This document shows, one piece after another, positions 25,301 to 37,300 of a stretch of DNA of 64,000 nt. Position numbers and translations under genes: made by a program. The DNA comes from Lingula anatina (taxonomy: Eukaryota; Animalia; Brachiopoda), in the NCBI GenBank assembly GCA_051362555.1, contig CM120645.1, positions 12,710,001 to 12,774,000 on the forward strand, written 5' to 3'. A model generated the notes under the pieces. That model was not told where the DNA came from. It did not search any database and was given only the letters and a program-made list of their open reading frames with translations. Position 1 is the stretch's first letter, and each line of letters opens with the position of its first letter.

Positions 25301-28297
25301 TTAGAACCAAGGATCAACAACATATAATCAGTATGGGAGACCGTTAGTAGTAGCATCCATGCTTTGATTAAAGGTTTGAATGTACTGGCCTATAATCTGG
25401 TACATACTTTACTGGTATATTATTACTTCTGATAAGATAATGGTGCAGTTAATGATTGCTAAACCCTGGATGGTTTGTAATGAGAGGCTCCACTGTGACA
25501 CTGATAGGGGAAGGTACTCTAAAGAGGACAACCGTTGCTAAACTCTTCACTCTGTAGGTGAAACACACCAGTAGTAGTCTGGTCAGTCCCTTTCTCTGGG
25601 TATGTGACTGTTTATGGCAACATCCCATACCCCAGGTAAACATTTCTCATCTCCCACTTTTTGTGTGAAAAAAAAAAATCCATAACATAAATTTAGCTTA
25701 TAACATAGTAGATAAAATATCACCATGATGCACTGTTTCTGTTTCAGGATCACAACTATGGAGCCCCTCCCCCACCAACCCCGCCGCAGTCCCCTCCTCT
25801 GCAGTCCCCAATCTCCCCGGGGGTGCCCAGGGTCAACGGCCACGTGGACCACGGAGTGGACGACACCACAGTGGTAGACCATATCACTGAGGTGATAGAG
25901 AGCGTGGTCAACGAGGTCCACAGCAGTAACAGCAGCCTGAGCAGCAGCAGCAGTGGTGGCAATGTTGGTGCAGGGGGAGCTGGGACGGGAGAGGTCCAGG
26001 TGGTGGAAGAGGAGGACTGGTCATATAGTGTCACCCGCTGTATATGTAACATGGACCATGATGATGGATACATGATCTGTTGTGACCAGTGCAGGTGAGT
26101 TTTGTTTGGATTTTCAGTTACACTACTTTTACGTGATGATAATAGCAATAATGATAAAGCGATAGTTGTCTTGGAAAGAAACAGTACAGTGTTCTCAGTG
26201 TATTACCTAGAGTTGACAAATTCCCAGAAAATTGGTATAATTTGAAAGATTCAATGTACTGGCGAGTATGTAGTTTAGAAGAAAGGAGTGAACACAGTTT
26301 TGCAGAATAGGTCCTTTTAATTTTCCTAGTTGTTACTTCTGTCATTTGTTTAGTATGACATATGTTACTCTTGTTAATTGTATTTGTGAGCTAGTAATTT
26401 TCTGGATGAGAATTTGTGAAATATTAATAAACTCTTTATGTTTGTCTGAGTTTTGCTTTTTGACAGAATTTCCTGCATTACATTACATTACCTCTTGAGG
26501 AAAGAAGAATGTTTTTCCAGTATCTTCAAATACCATTGAATGAAACGTATGATTTATTCTTGCGCTTTTCATCAGTAACTCAAAGCTGTTTGCATTTTGA
26601 GTAGCAAATACTTCCTACTTCATATTCAGGGCAGCTGTATCTTGATAATTGTGTGTCATCAATATGTTGCATTTTTGAACAATCTCATGTTATGTTGTTT
26701 AATTGAAAGTAGCACTGGGAGATCAGCAGTGTCAGTGCCAGTTGGTTCTGCTGACTCATCAGCTTGGCGATACTGAGTCACTGCTAAAAATGATTGCGAA
26801 AATTGCTTTCTGCCATGGTGGCATTTCTAAGGAAAATAACTGTAAGGTATGAACAGGTGAAAATGAAAGGAGAGAAATCACAGGATTGACACCTTGGATG
26901 AGGCGTTTATTGTTCATGATTGTTATCGTTATGGTAATTCCTCACAGTTGCTTCAATTTTCAGTTTCAATTTGCCTTGAGATGACATTGCGCAAAAAGGA
27001 GGAGTGCATATTGTTGGATAAACTCTATTTCAAAAGATACACATTCTTATAAGCCTTGATTTTAAAGAGAAGTATTACATAGTAAGTTAAGGGTAGAGAC
27101 ATATGTTTTTGCATTTTGTGTTGTGCCATATACATTCTCATTGAACATTAAGATCCACTCTTGACAGTTTTGAGCCAGACTCAACTCTTGCCAAGGGTGC
27201 ACTGCAACCTTTTATGGTAGATAACTTGATAAGGCTACCCATATTGCTGCAGTAGGGCTCACTGCCATGTGTGTGGGGGGTGAACTTGACCACTTTGTTG
27301 GGTTTGCTTCCAGTGTCTGGCAGCATATTGACTGTGTCATGTTGGACAGGACGAACATCCCAGAGACGTACTACTGTGAAACCTGCAGGCCCAGGGAGGT
27401 GGACAGGGAGAGGGCTATTAGGATACAGACCAGGAAAAAAGCTGACATGTCAGGTAAGGAGGGTGAAAAAAAGGAGAGAAGATAGATGCATCTAGATGAA
27501 GTAAAATTAGAGAAAGCTTGATAAGTTGCTATCTATGTAACAGTTGACAGTGAATGCATGTTGATGTGACAAACCTGTTAAGCTGTAGGTTTTGTAGAAC
27601 TCTGATGTAATGAGAAGTAGTCAGTTTATAAGCACTTTTCTTAAGCAGTTAGAGCTTTGATTTACTGTTGAGACAGGTACTGGTTGGAAGGTAGAAAAAT
27701 TCCAAGGCTTCGCTTAATCGGGCAATAACAAAAGAGCAAGCCTGCTGTTTGTATGCAAATTGGACAATATGTAAAAAAGCATTGACTTCTTTGTTTATAC
27801 ACAACTAACCCAGCACTCTTACTTTTCTTAATCCTTAACAATATCTTTGTTTGATTTTCTAGTAATTGCCCCACTGATATTATAGATGACTGTTTCTAGA
27901 GACTGAACTCAGAACACTATACATTATCACAACACTGGTTGGTGTCATTGCTCTTTCTTAGTTCTCGTGTATACATTGCTCGTTAAACAATGGGTATTTG
28001 TATACCTATTAGGATTGCTTGAACTTCTGTTCAGTTTCATTGTTCAGTCTTTCAATAGAAAGAATTGAAAATCAATGCATTCAGATAATTGATAAATATT
28101 GCTTTCTTAGTTAAACATTAATGAAAGCATATTGAATCAAATTTTTAGAACCAGTTGGTGTGCATTGCTTCACCAATTTATATTTTCAGTATAAAGCAGA
28201 TGTTTTGTAGTGTGAGCAATATCCAAAATACTATTTTGTTTCATGATGTTTGGTTGATGATGATAATGATTGCCCCTTCCCCCCTTTTTGTTTTCAA

Positions 28298-28372
<75 letters not shown>

Positions 28373-31300
28373 GCGTATATAAGCTATTTGACTGTAATTC
28401 TGTGTTCTCTGTTAAGATTGAAAACTGACCAGCAGAATCACATAGCAAGACTGGTTTATGAGAGCTTTTAAGAATTATGGTGCCTTTGGAATATCATGCC
28501 CTATGCATAGACTGTAAGAGAGGTTTTAATATGGATGCACTTTCATTTATTTTAGCTCAATTATTGTCTATTTCTGTCATGGAAAGAAGTGTCATGCTAT
28601 ACATAGTATTAATCATCTTTGCTATCAATTTCAGATACCAGCTCAGATAGTGATAATGAAACTTCATACATAGCCAAGGCCAGTTCTCCCACTTCCATTA
28701 CCCTTACCCCAACCAAGAAAAATAAGAAGGAAACACATGTAATCAGTGACAATAATAACAAAGGAGATAAGAAAAAAATAAAGGAAAAGAAGAACAAAAA
28801 CAAAAGAACTGTTAAGGCAGAAAATGAAGATGGCAACAGCAATAGTAGTGTATCTGACAAACAGAAGAAGAAAAACTCAGTAAGCAGTAATATTTATACA
28901 CATTATTTTTTTCTTGCTAATTGAGTTTTATCATAATTATTATTATAGATATTATGCTCATGAAGAAAAATGTGAACAGAAAATGTCATATTTAGTGAAG
29001 GCAGTGTTACAAAATAGTTTCAAAAAGGGGGGAGAAAGCACCAGAACTAAATCCAACCTTATTCAAACAGTATTTGTTTTGTTGGTCATTAAGTCAACTA
29101 TTAACTTATCATTTTGTAAAATTCCAGAATTTCCGAGAAGGCGAGAGGAAATCTACTCGAATGAAGGTAAGCTGTTGATAAAAGTTCTGTTTATTACTTT
29201 CTGCTAGCAAGTCAAGGCAGAGGTGTGGAGGGAATTAATTCCATCTTGATATCTGTGATCTACTTAATAAGGGATTCAGTGTCAGTAGGTGCCAGTTTTA
29301 GATACAAAAATTTGTGCCATATTATAATGCCAGATCAAAATAGCACACATATTGGAAGATAACCAGGATATCATTAAAATGTTTTAACTTTTTAATAAAA
29401 AATAAATGAAATTAGTACCAAGTGTATATAACATTGTTTTTATATGTATATAAATGTTGATGAATAGATCTCCCTTACACCAATTTTTAGAGGTGATATT
29501 CAGATCGGTTACCTTGTGTGCTTTAGAAATATCAATAGTCTTTGGCTTGTAAAGATTGAAATTCATTCTGGTGGCTTACTGAGGCGTAATCTAGGATTAT
29601 GCAGTGGTATCAGAATTCAATGCAGAAACCACTGATATTGATGGACTGCAGGAGTTGGATAATGTTATTAAGTCTAATGTTCCATTGCTGACGTGGCAGT
29701 AATAGGAGAAGAAACCGATGATTAACTAGAGACAAGAATTTTTATGTGAAGTTCCTTTTCTTGCGTCCTTTGTCTCTCTCTTTTTTTTTTTTTTTTTTTT
29801 TATCTTTCAAATAATTTCATCCAGGGAATAAAGGACATTCTAGAATCTGTTTGATATCTCCATTAGGTGCATTGAGTAAACATAAGAGTAGTCCACGCTG
29901 TATTTTCTGTAATCAAGATTAATAGACAATAGGAGAGAGGTAAATGTACATCATATCCTCCGAGGATTAAAGAACCAAGCTTGGCATCACCTTGTTTAAA
30001 GTCTGGGATTGATTTGGTGGGGTTTTTTTCCTGCAGCTTCCAAAGAAGGCCCCTGGGCCAGTGCTAGAAGATGAAAATGCCCAAGATCCCTGGGACTGTT
30101 CTCTGAGGTGAGTGCTTTAACTGTCTGAACCTGGGAGACTCTGCATGCAGAAATTGTTTTTGATGTGCTGCAATTGTTCAGACGTTTATGAACATTGCAG
30201 GATTTAATGGAGCATTGTTATGTTGCCTTTAATCTATACGGCATAATTCTGATGTTTTATTTTTTTTTCTCGTTAATCCAGATTGAATAAATCACAGTTT
30301 TGTTATTGATGTCTTTACTACCATGAGGCTCTTCTCTCCTGTGCACATGTTTGGAGCTGAAAAAAATTGATTTTCTCTCCCTTGATGTTTTTTATTTAGC
30401 CCATGGACAGACAGTTTTGAAGAGGCAAAAACAAACCAGTATTGTGCAGAAATACAAGATGTGGTTGCAGAGAGATATAATGGTTTACATGTGAGTTACT
30501 AAAAACCTGTTTTAGTGGTTTCCATTGATGTGTGTTGTTAGTAACAAAGCTTTTAGGCAGAAGATGCATCATTCTGTGAAAAAAAAAAAAACGTCCAAAG
30601 ACATTAAACAATAATTATCCAGCACCTGCCAAATGAGTGGTAATCAAATTGTGATGATATCAGCATGTTCCCTTTTGCTCAGTTTCATTATTGTAAAAAA
30701 GATATTAAAGGTGAATTTTACATAGAGATGAACAGATATTTTAAATAGGGGATTCTCTGTTCATCTGGTTTTTCCACTTTTCAGAATGGTCCTTTGGAGG
30801 AATCTGCCCCTTTTAAGCAGCTGCTGGGTCAGCTGTACACTGTGGCCCAGGTGGCACACAACAGAAAGGTAAGCACAAAATACTGAGAAATGTTAAAGAA
30901 ATTTACTTGTACTGTGTATAGGGAATGTGTTACCCTGGATCAAAAATGTAGTGTCTCGAGGAGGCAGCTTTTGTGAGATAAAAAGCATTTTCCAACGCCT
31001 ATCATTGGTGTTAACTGGGCTAAAAAAAAAACGAAGTTTTACATAATTTTACCTATATCATTGTTTCATATTTGATGTCATAAAAATATTTTGGATATAA
31101 TTTTGCTGTTTTGGCTTTCAGTATGATTAATAGGTTTTGTTTATATTTTGGATTATGGAAACAAACAATAGGCGTGATGTTAGGATTAACTTTTTCTCTT
31201 TGTGAACATTTTCAGTGTGCTCAATAAATTTAATAAAATTGCTGTTTCTGCAGAGGTAATGCCCTTGGCTGTAAATCGTTGGTAGTGGTCACTGGTTCCC

Positions 31301-34300
31301 AGGTAGATTATCTAGATATAACTGAAGTAAGTCAAGGACGTACAATGTGGGCCTTGATTTGCATTTTATTACACTAGTTGCTTGTATTTTCCATTATTTT
31401 CATTGCAGGGTTTGAAATCTTCCCAGGACATAGCAGCAAATAAAGCCATTATGGAATTCCGAGGCATCTTCATGTTAAGGCAGCAATTTGATAAAGACGA
31501 TACCTTCTTTAAAAGGTAAAGTTATTATGTCGGCATGACAATGCAGCAGGCATATTATTATTGACATTGTAAATGCTAGGTATGAATTTGTTTGCATCAT
31601 GTTCTTAGCCCACACTAGGGACTTGCAACTTGAATGAAAGCCTTGCGTGTCCTTATTTTGCTTGGTTTAATGCAAAGATATCTCTTGAGCTAGGCTATAT
31701 ATAAACCTAGTTAGGAAAGAACTTCACAGGCATTTAATGAGTCACTCTCTGATATGGATTCTTCCTTTGAATAAAATGCATAGCTTTAGCTGTTGGCTGA
31801 TAGCTGTACTCTGTTTTTCTAGGTTATACCCGTTTGTGTTGTTCTATCCTAAATTTGAAGGATTGGACATTTGTGTGGACGCAGGTGCTTGTGGGAATGA
31901 TGCCCGCTTCGTGCGGAGGTCGTGCCACCCCAATACAGAAGTGCGCCACCTGGTGGAGAATGGAAAGCTTCATCTTTTCCTTTACTCTGTGACGCACATT
32001 GCCAAAGGCGCAGAAATCACAATTCCCTTTGATTACAATTACCAAGACTGGTAAGTGAAGGAACTGGCTTATCATCTAAGGGAGGAAAATGGTTGTAGAT
32101 CTTCCCAACTTGGCGAAATTATAATAAGGAGGCTGTAAAATGTGTTGTCAGAAGTGATTATTTAGTCCATCACATAAGCAGAGATCAATACTGTGGGTTT
32201 TAATCCAGTTTTATGTAGGTGTCTTAATGAAGTGCTATTTGCACTGGCTATTTGTGGAGAAACTATTAAGTATTGAGTTCGTGTAGACATAGTATATATT
32301 CACAGATTAACTGGTAACGAAAACTTAGAGTAATTATACAACTTCATTTATTTCTCCCTTAATAGTTTGAATGTTATCTTTTTAACAGGCAAGTCATTAT
32401 TGGAGAATGTTGTTAGGATGTGTATTTGCTCATTTTCTTTGCAGTGATTATGCTGTTGAGTGTGCTTGCTGCCTGGACTCTCATCATTGTCAAGTTCTGG
32501 AAAGCAGGAAAGTGAAGAACAAAGTCAGGTAAGACTGGGATATGTTTCTTCATATGTAAGATAAGAAATATGTACCTCTTAATCTTGAGGATCATACACT
32601 GTTTCTTTGTCAAATTTTGCCGACATAAAGATGAAAATGTCATAAGTAATGCATGCCTTGTTTCTGTTATATACATGTGAAAATCACATCAATATTAAAA
32701 ACTGTTAATGTTAACATAGTATTCCCTTGTGTTCTACATGACTTGCAATTGGATCACTTGTTTTGTTTTAACAGTGCTGGAAAGAAGAATAAGAGGAACA
32801 ACTCGTCCAAGGAAGAGTCCGGTGGTGGGTCAGGAGATGACCACAGTTGTGTAGATGTAGTCTCGGCACCAGAGAAGAAACACAAGGGGACATCTGATAG
32901 CAGAAATGGGGAGACGCACATGGATGAGGTTAGTATAGAGAATACACTCTCTGTAATACATATGAAGCGAATTAGGATTGGGTTTGTGTGAATATGATGG
33001 TGTGATATGAGTGTTTTCTTAAGTGTAGTATCTTAATTTTTACAAAAAAAAAAAAAAAAAATTCAATGGTCAGTTGTAACTACTTTATAACAGAGTTGTT
33101 TAATCGATTCACCCATTATATCAGTTTGGTACAAATTTTGTTTATACCTCCTGGATAAATATTCAGATTTAAGCTTATGATTCAGGGGAAAATTGCAGTT
33201 GACATTTTATTGATTTCTAGTGTTTAGATTGAAAATAGGGTTAGGTTGAGTGATGTCGACAGCATGTTGATATTTGAATACAAAATAATTCCAGTTTGTT
33301 GTTTCCTAGGATCACCCGGACTCCACAGACGATGTCAATGGGGACAGCAATGCGGGTGAGGGGCCTACAGAAGACTCTCGTGCTGCAGCCGCTGCTGAGG
33401 CTGAAAGACAGAAAAACATGGTACGTCAATACAATCTAATTTCACTTCCCAGAGTTTTCTATTTCCTTATATGCCCAAGCTCACGTGTGTAAAAGTGATG
33501 GTTATGACCACAATCTTAAACCTCCTGTGTATTAATCTGCATGGAAAAACATAAGAACAAAAATGGCAATATTTGTTATTGAAACAGCAAAGATAGTTTG
33601 GTTGAGGTGAATAAATTGCATTCGTGTTGTAATTTAACTTAATTTTTGCAGTCTCGAGAGGAAAGAAAGATGGATGCCATCATGAAGGCTTTTGAGAAGC
33701 TAGCAAAGCGAGAAGAAAGGCGAAAAGAAGCCTTGGAGAGACTTGCATTAAAGAAGCAGAAGCAAGAAACAGAAAAGAAAGAGGTAAAATGACTGATCTT
33801 TTCTTTTTGTTTTAATTACAATAACTTCATTTCTGTACACGTTTGGAAAAAAAATTTCAATTGAGTTGGACCATTGTCATTTTGAATTGGGTGTCTTTTT
33901 AGCTTATACTGGAAGCAGGTATTATGTGTTCTTTGTACTTTTGTAGGAAAAGAGTGAAAAAAGTGAAGAGGACCAGCCAAAAGAAAAGCCCAAGCCTCCT
34001 CAAAAGTAAATTTGATAACTTTTTAAACAATTTTAGGATTGAAGGTTTCCAGTTTCTTTGCTCACAAAAAATTTATAATACTAGTCTTGATATTTAAACA
34101 TAGATCATTATGAAAAATTTTGATGTCTTGACCCAATTAAACCACCTTTTGTGGCACTTAAGATGTCAACTTTCATTTATAATTTTCAACTTGTTCAACA
34201 CGTTTAAGTTTTGCTGATCAACAAGTGACTTGTGGGTGAATGGCCTTAACGTATTTGCATTATTGTAATGTGTGAAGACTGACATTCTCCAGTCAGAAGT

Positions 34301-37300
34301 TGATTGAAGCATAATAGGTTTTAATATTCGTATTACATGATTTTATTTTTTTATCACTACAGGAAAAAGGGTAAACGTGGCAGTGCCACACCAGCTCGGC
34401 GGCGGAGTCGTAACATCAGCGGGAACTCTCACTACTCGGACTCCGTACTGTCTCCTGATGAAGGCAGTAATCTCAGTATGCCAGGGACAGGGGTGGCGCC
34501 ACCACAAGACGGGCCACAGTTGACACCAGCCGAAAGAGCCTTCCGCTTTCCAAAGACCAAAAAAGTAAGTGTGTGTGCTAGCAGTATGTGCTGATGGGTC
34601 AGAACTTCACCCTAGCATGATAAAGCTAGTGCCTGTTAAGTTTAGCTTAAAGATAAAACACTTGGTCATAAGAAGGTTAATTGAGAAGTGGTTAGAGGAA
34701 AATAATCTGAATTTTTACTCCTGTTCAGGATTGATCTAAAATGAATATTTCAAGATTGATGGTTGGTGATGAAAATTATCCTCGAAGCAGAACTGATTAA
34801 AAAGGAAGTTTTCATTGTCATTTTGTAATTTGAGTAAACAAAGATGGGGGAAAAAACCCCTCCCAGTGCCAGAGGTGCAAGAGCATATAGCCAGGATTGT
34901 ATTTCTTTGGGTTGGAGAGGGAAATAAAAACGCTTGCTGAAAATATGATAAGGGAGGCCAAATGATTATTCTTTGGTTTCTGCTCTTGAAGCAAGTACAG
35001 TATGGCATTTCTCTCAGATGTAGTTTTAAGTGGTATACTAAGAGTTTTCTCATTAGAAAGGGTTGCAGCTGGGGTGTACATCCTGCATGCAAAAAAGATG
35101 TGAACTTTACTCTAAATTGTGCACATATTTTAATGTTCCAGTGAAAAATAATGACAGTCCATTTAACACAAACTGTATTTTTTTCCTTCATCCTAGCATT
35201 TGATGAATGAGTGGTTGAACGAGAAGAGCCAGGACCTCCAGAGGCCGCTCAGTGTCAAGACGGAGCCTCTGGAGGTGACCACGGAGACTGCCGACTTTGT
35301 CATGTGTGTGCCCAGCCCCCATTCCATGTCCCTGAACCACCTACGCAGAGGGAGCTTCTCCTCCAGCCAAGGGAAATCCAACCTGGAAGCCAGCCTGGGC
35401 TCGGCCAAGAAGGTTTTTTTTTATTATTTTATTTATTTTTGTGTGTGTGTATGTTTGTGTGGGTGGTGATCATAGTGTGCAAATGTGGGATGCCCATTTG
35501 TGCTGATATTATGCCCGTTAATGCATGGATGAGATTTTTTCAGACTGTCCGTGGTTTTCCGACTTTTTTGGGAATGCAGGAAGTCTCATCTCGTCAAAGT
35601 CTCATGTTAATAGAATCTTGTGGTATATTGTTTTATGTCTGGATATATGCCAGCTTTTCTGTCTAGTTACCATTTCCAACCCAAAATGATCATCAATTTA
35701 GTAGAAGCCTTCTCAGGTCAGAAGGTTTTCCAAAAAGTTTTTTTCATGGGCAATAGAAACTTGTTTTAGGTCAGGATTAATAGATATGTAGACACAACAG
35801 ATAATTGTTTTCATTCATCCAATACTTGCTGGCTAACAGTGTACAATAAACATATTTGTTAAGAAAATTTAAACATCAGAGTCCAATTAATGATCTGTTT
35901 TATTTGCAGCGTTGGCTTCGGCAGGCCATGTTTGAGAGTAACAATAGCATCAGCAGTGAGGGCGGCTCCCCCGTGCATGAAGGGACCAGCCCCAATCCTC
36001 ATGCCAATATTCCAAGTCCAGGCTCTTCTCCACAACCAGGTAGGGAAACCAATACTTTCCCAGGGATATTTTTTGTGTCATATGCGGTATGTGTAATGTA
36101 CAAGGAAAGCAACAGAGTTTAGTAAATGTACATGTATAAAATGATAACAGTACTATTTGATGTTTGGAATGAGCCCATTGCAAAAAAAATCTAGACTTGA
36201 GCCTAATGAAATAATTCTTTGGTGGCATATTTAGTTGAAAATTTGTACACACTAATTATGTTTTTAGCATCTCGGCACATTTTTATGAAGCACCTGCTTT
36301 TTATTATCACTTTCAAGATATACAATTAACGCACAGCTTCATTAATCAAGAAGTCGTTAATTCTCTTTCAAAACAGGTATGAGTGTGAGTGTACAAGCAC
36401 TAACGCACAGGCAAGCAGGGGGACACACACTATTTCCAATGATGTGAATATTATATAATTTCTGGGAAGTGTCATTAATTTAAAGTCATAATAACGCTTC
36501 GTTTTGGCCAAAAATTGGATTTTCCTGGAAAAAAAAGGCAATTTTCCCGTACTTACCAATGGTCAACGACCCCATTCCTGCATTCAAAGTTAATCCAGGG
36601 TTTTTTTCCCTAAACTTACGGTTTTTTGTTTAAATCTCTTAAGAGATTTAAACTGACGGAGCCCTCTCTGACATTGCTTAGTCACTGGTGACCCACTTAA
36701 AACCGCGGGAAAAGCAGACAACAACAACACTATATTACAATAAAATAAGATTCATGAGATATATTCGTCTTTTTGTTAAAAATGCATTTATATCCACAAT
36801 TTGTGCCATTCTGGGCTTTTCGTTATCCGACGCACTGTACAAAAACTCCGCAACTTACGTCTGCATCAATGCGTTTCACGCCATGTTATTTTGGTCTCGA
36901 ATGAACGCGAGAATCCGCGTGATACCCTTACGTCATTAGCAACGGATGCCTTGACGACCGGGAAGAAGGGCATCGAAAGCCTTATTGACAAGCACAGATT
37001 TTAGTTTTACTCCAATAACGGCCGTTTTAGTGGTAAAATACAATAGAATATATTTCCATGCGTTGTTTACAATGTATTTCTTGCGGAATTTTGTATCTCA
37101 AAGGAAGAGTTATTATTGCTTTAATTTCATCCCTTTTCATTTATCATGAAATCATTGAGACTATTATTATTATTATTATTATTATTATTTTCTATTTGTT
37201 TCAGTGGATTTTGTGACACCATTAAAGAAGCGGCGCCTGGCCAGGGAGTCCATTTCCTCCGAGAGTGGCATCTTGCCCCCAACTCCGTCCACCCCCTCCA

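Noticed and set aside
28155-28471. Poly-Leu / poly-Ile membrane-like ORFs
   Set aside because: Translation of an (ATT)n microsatellite.
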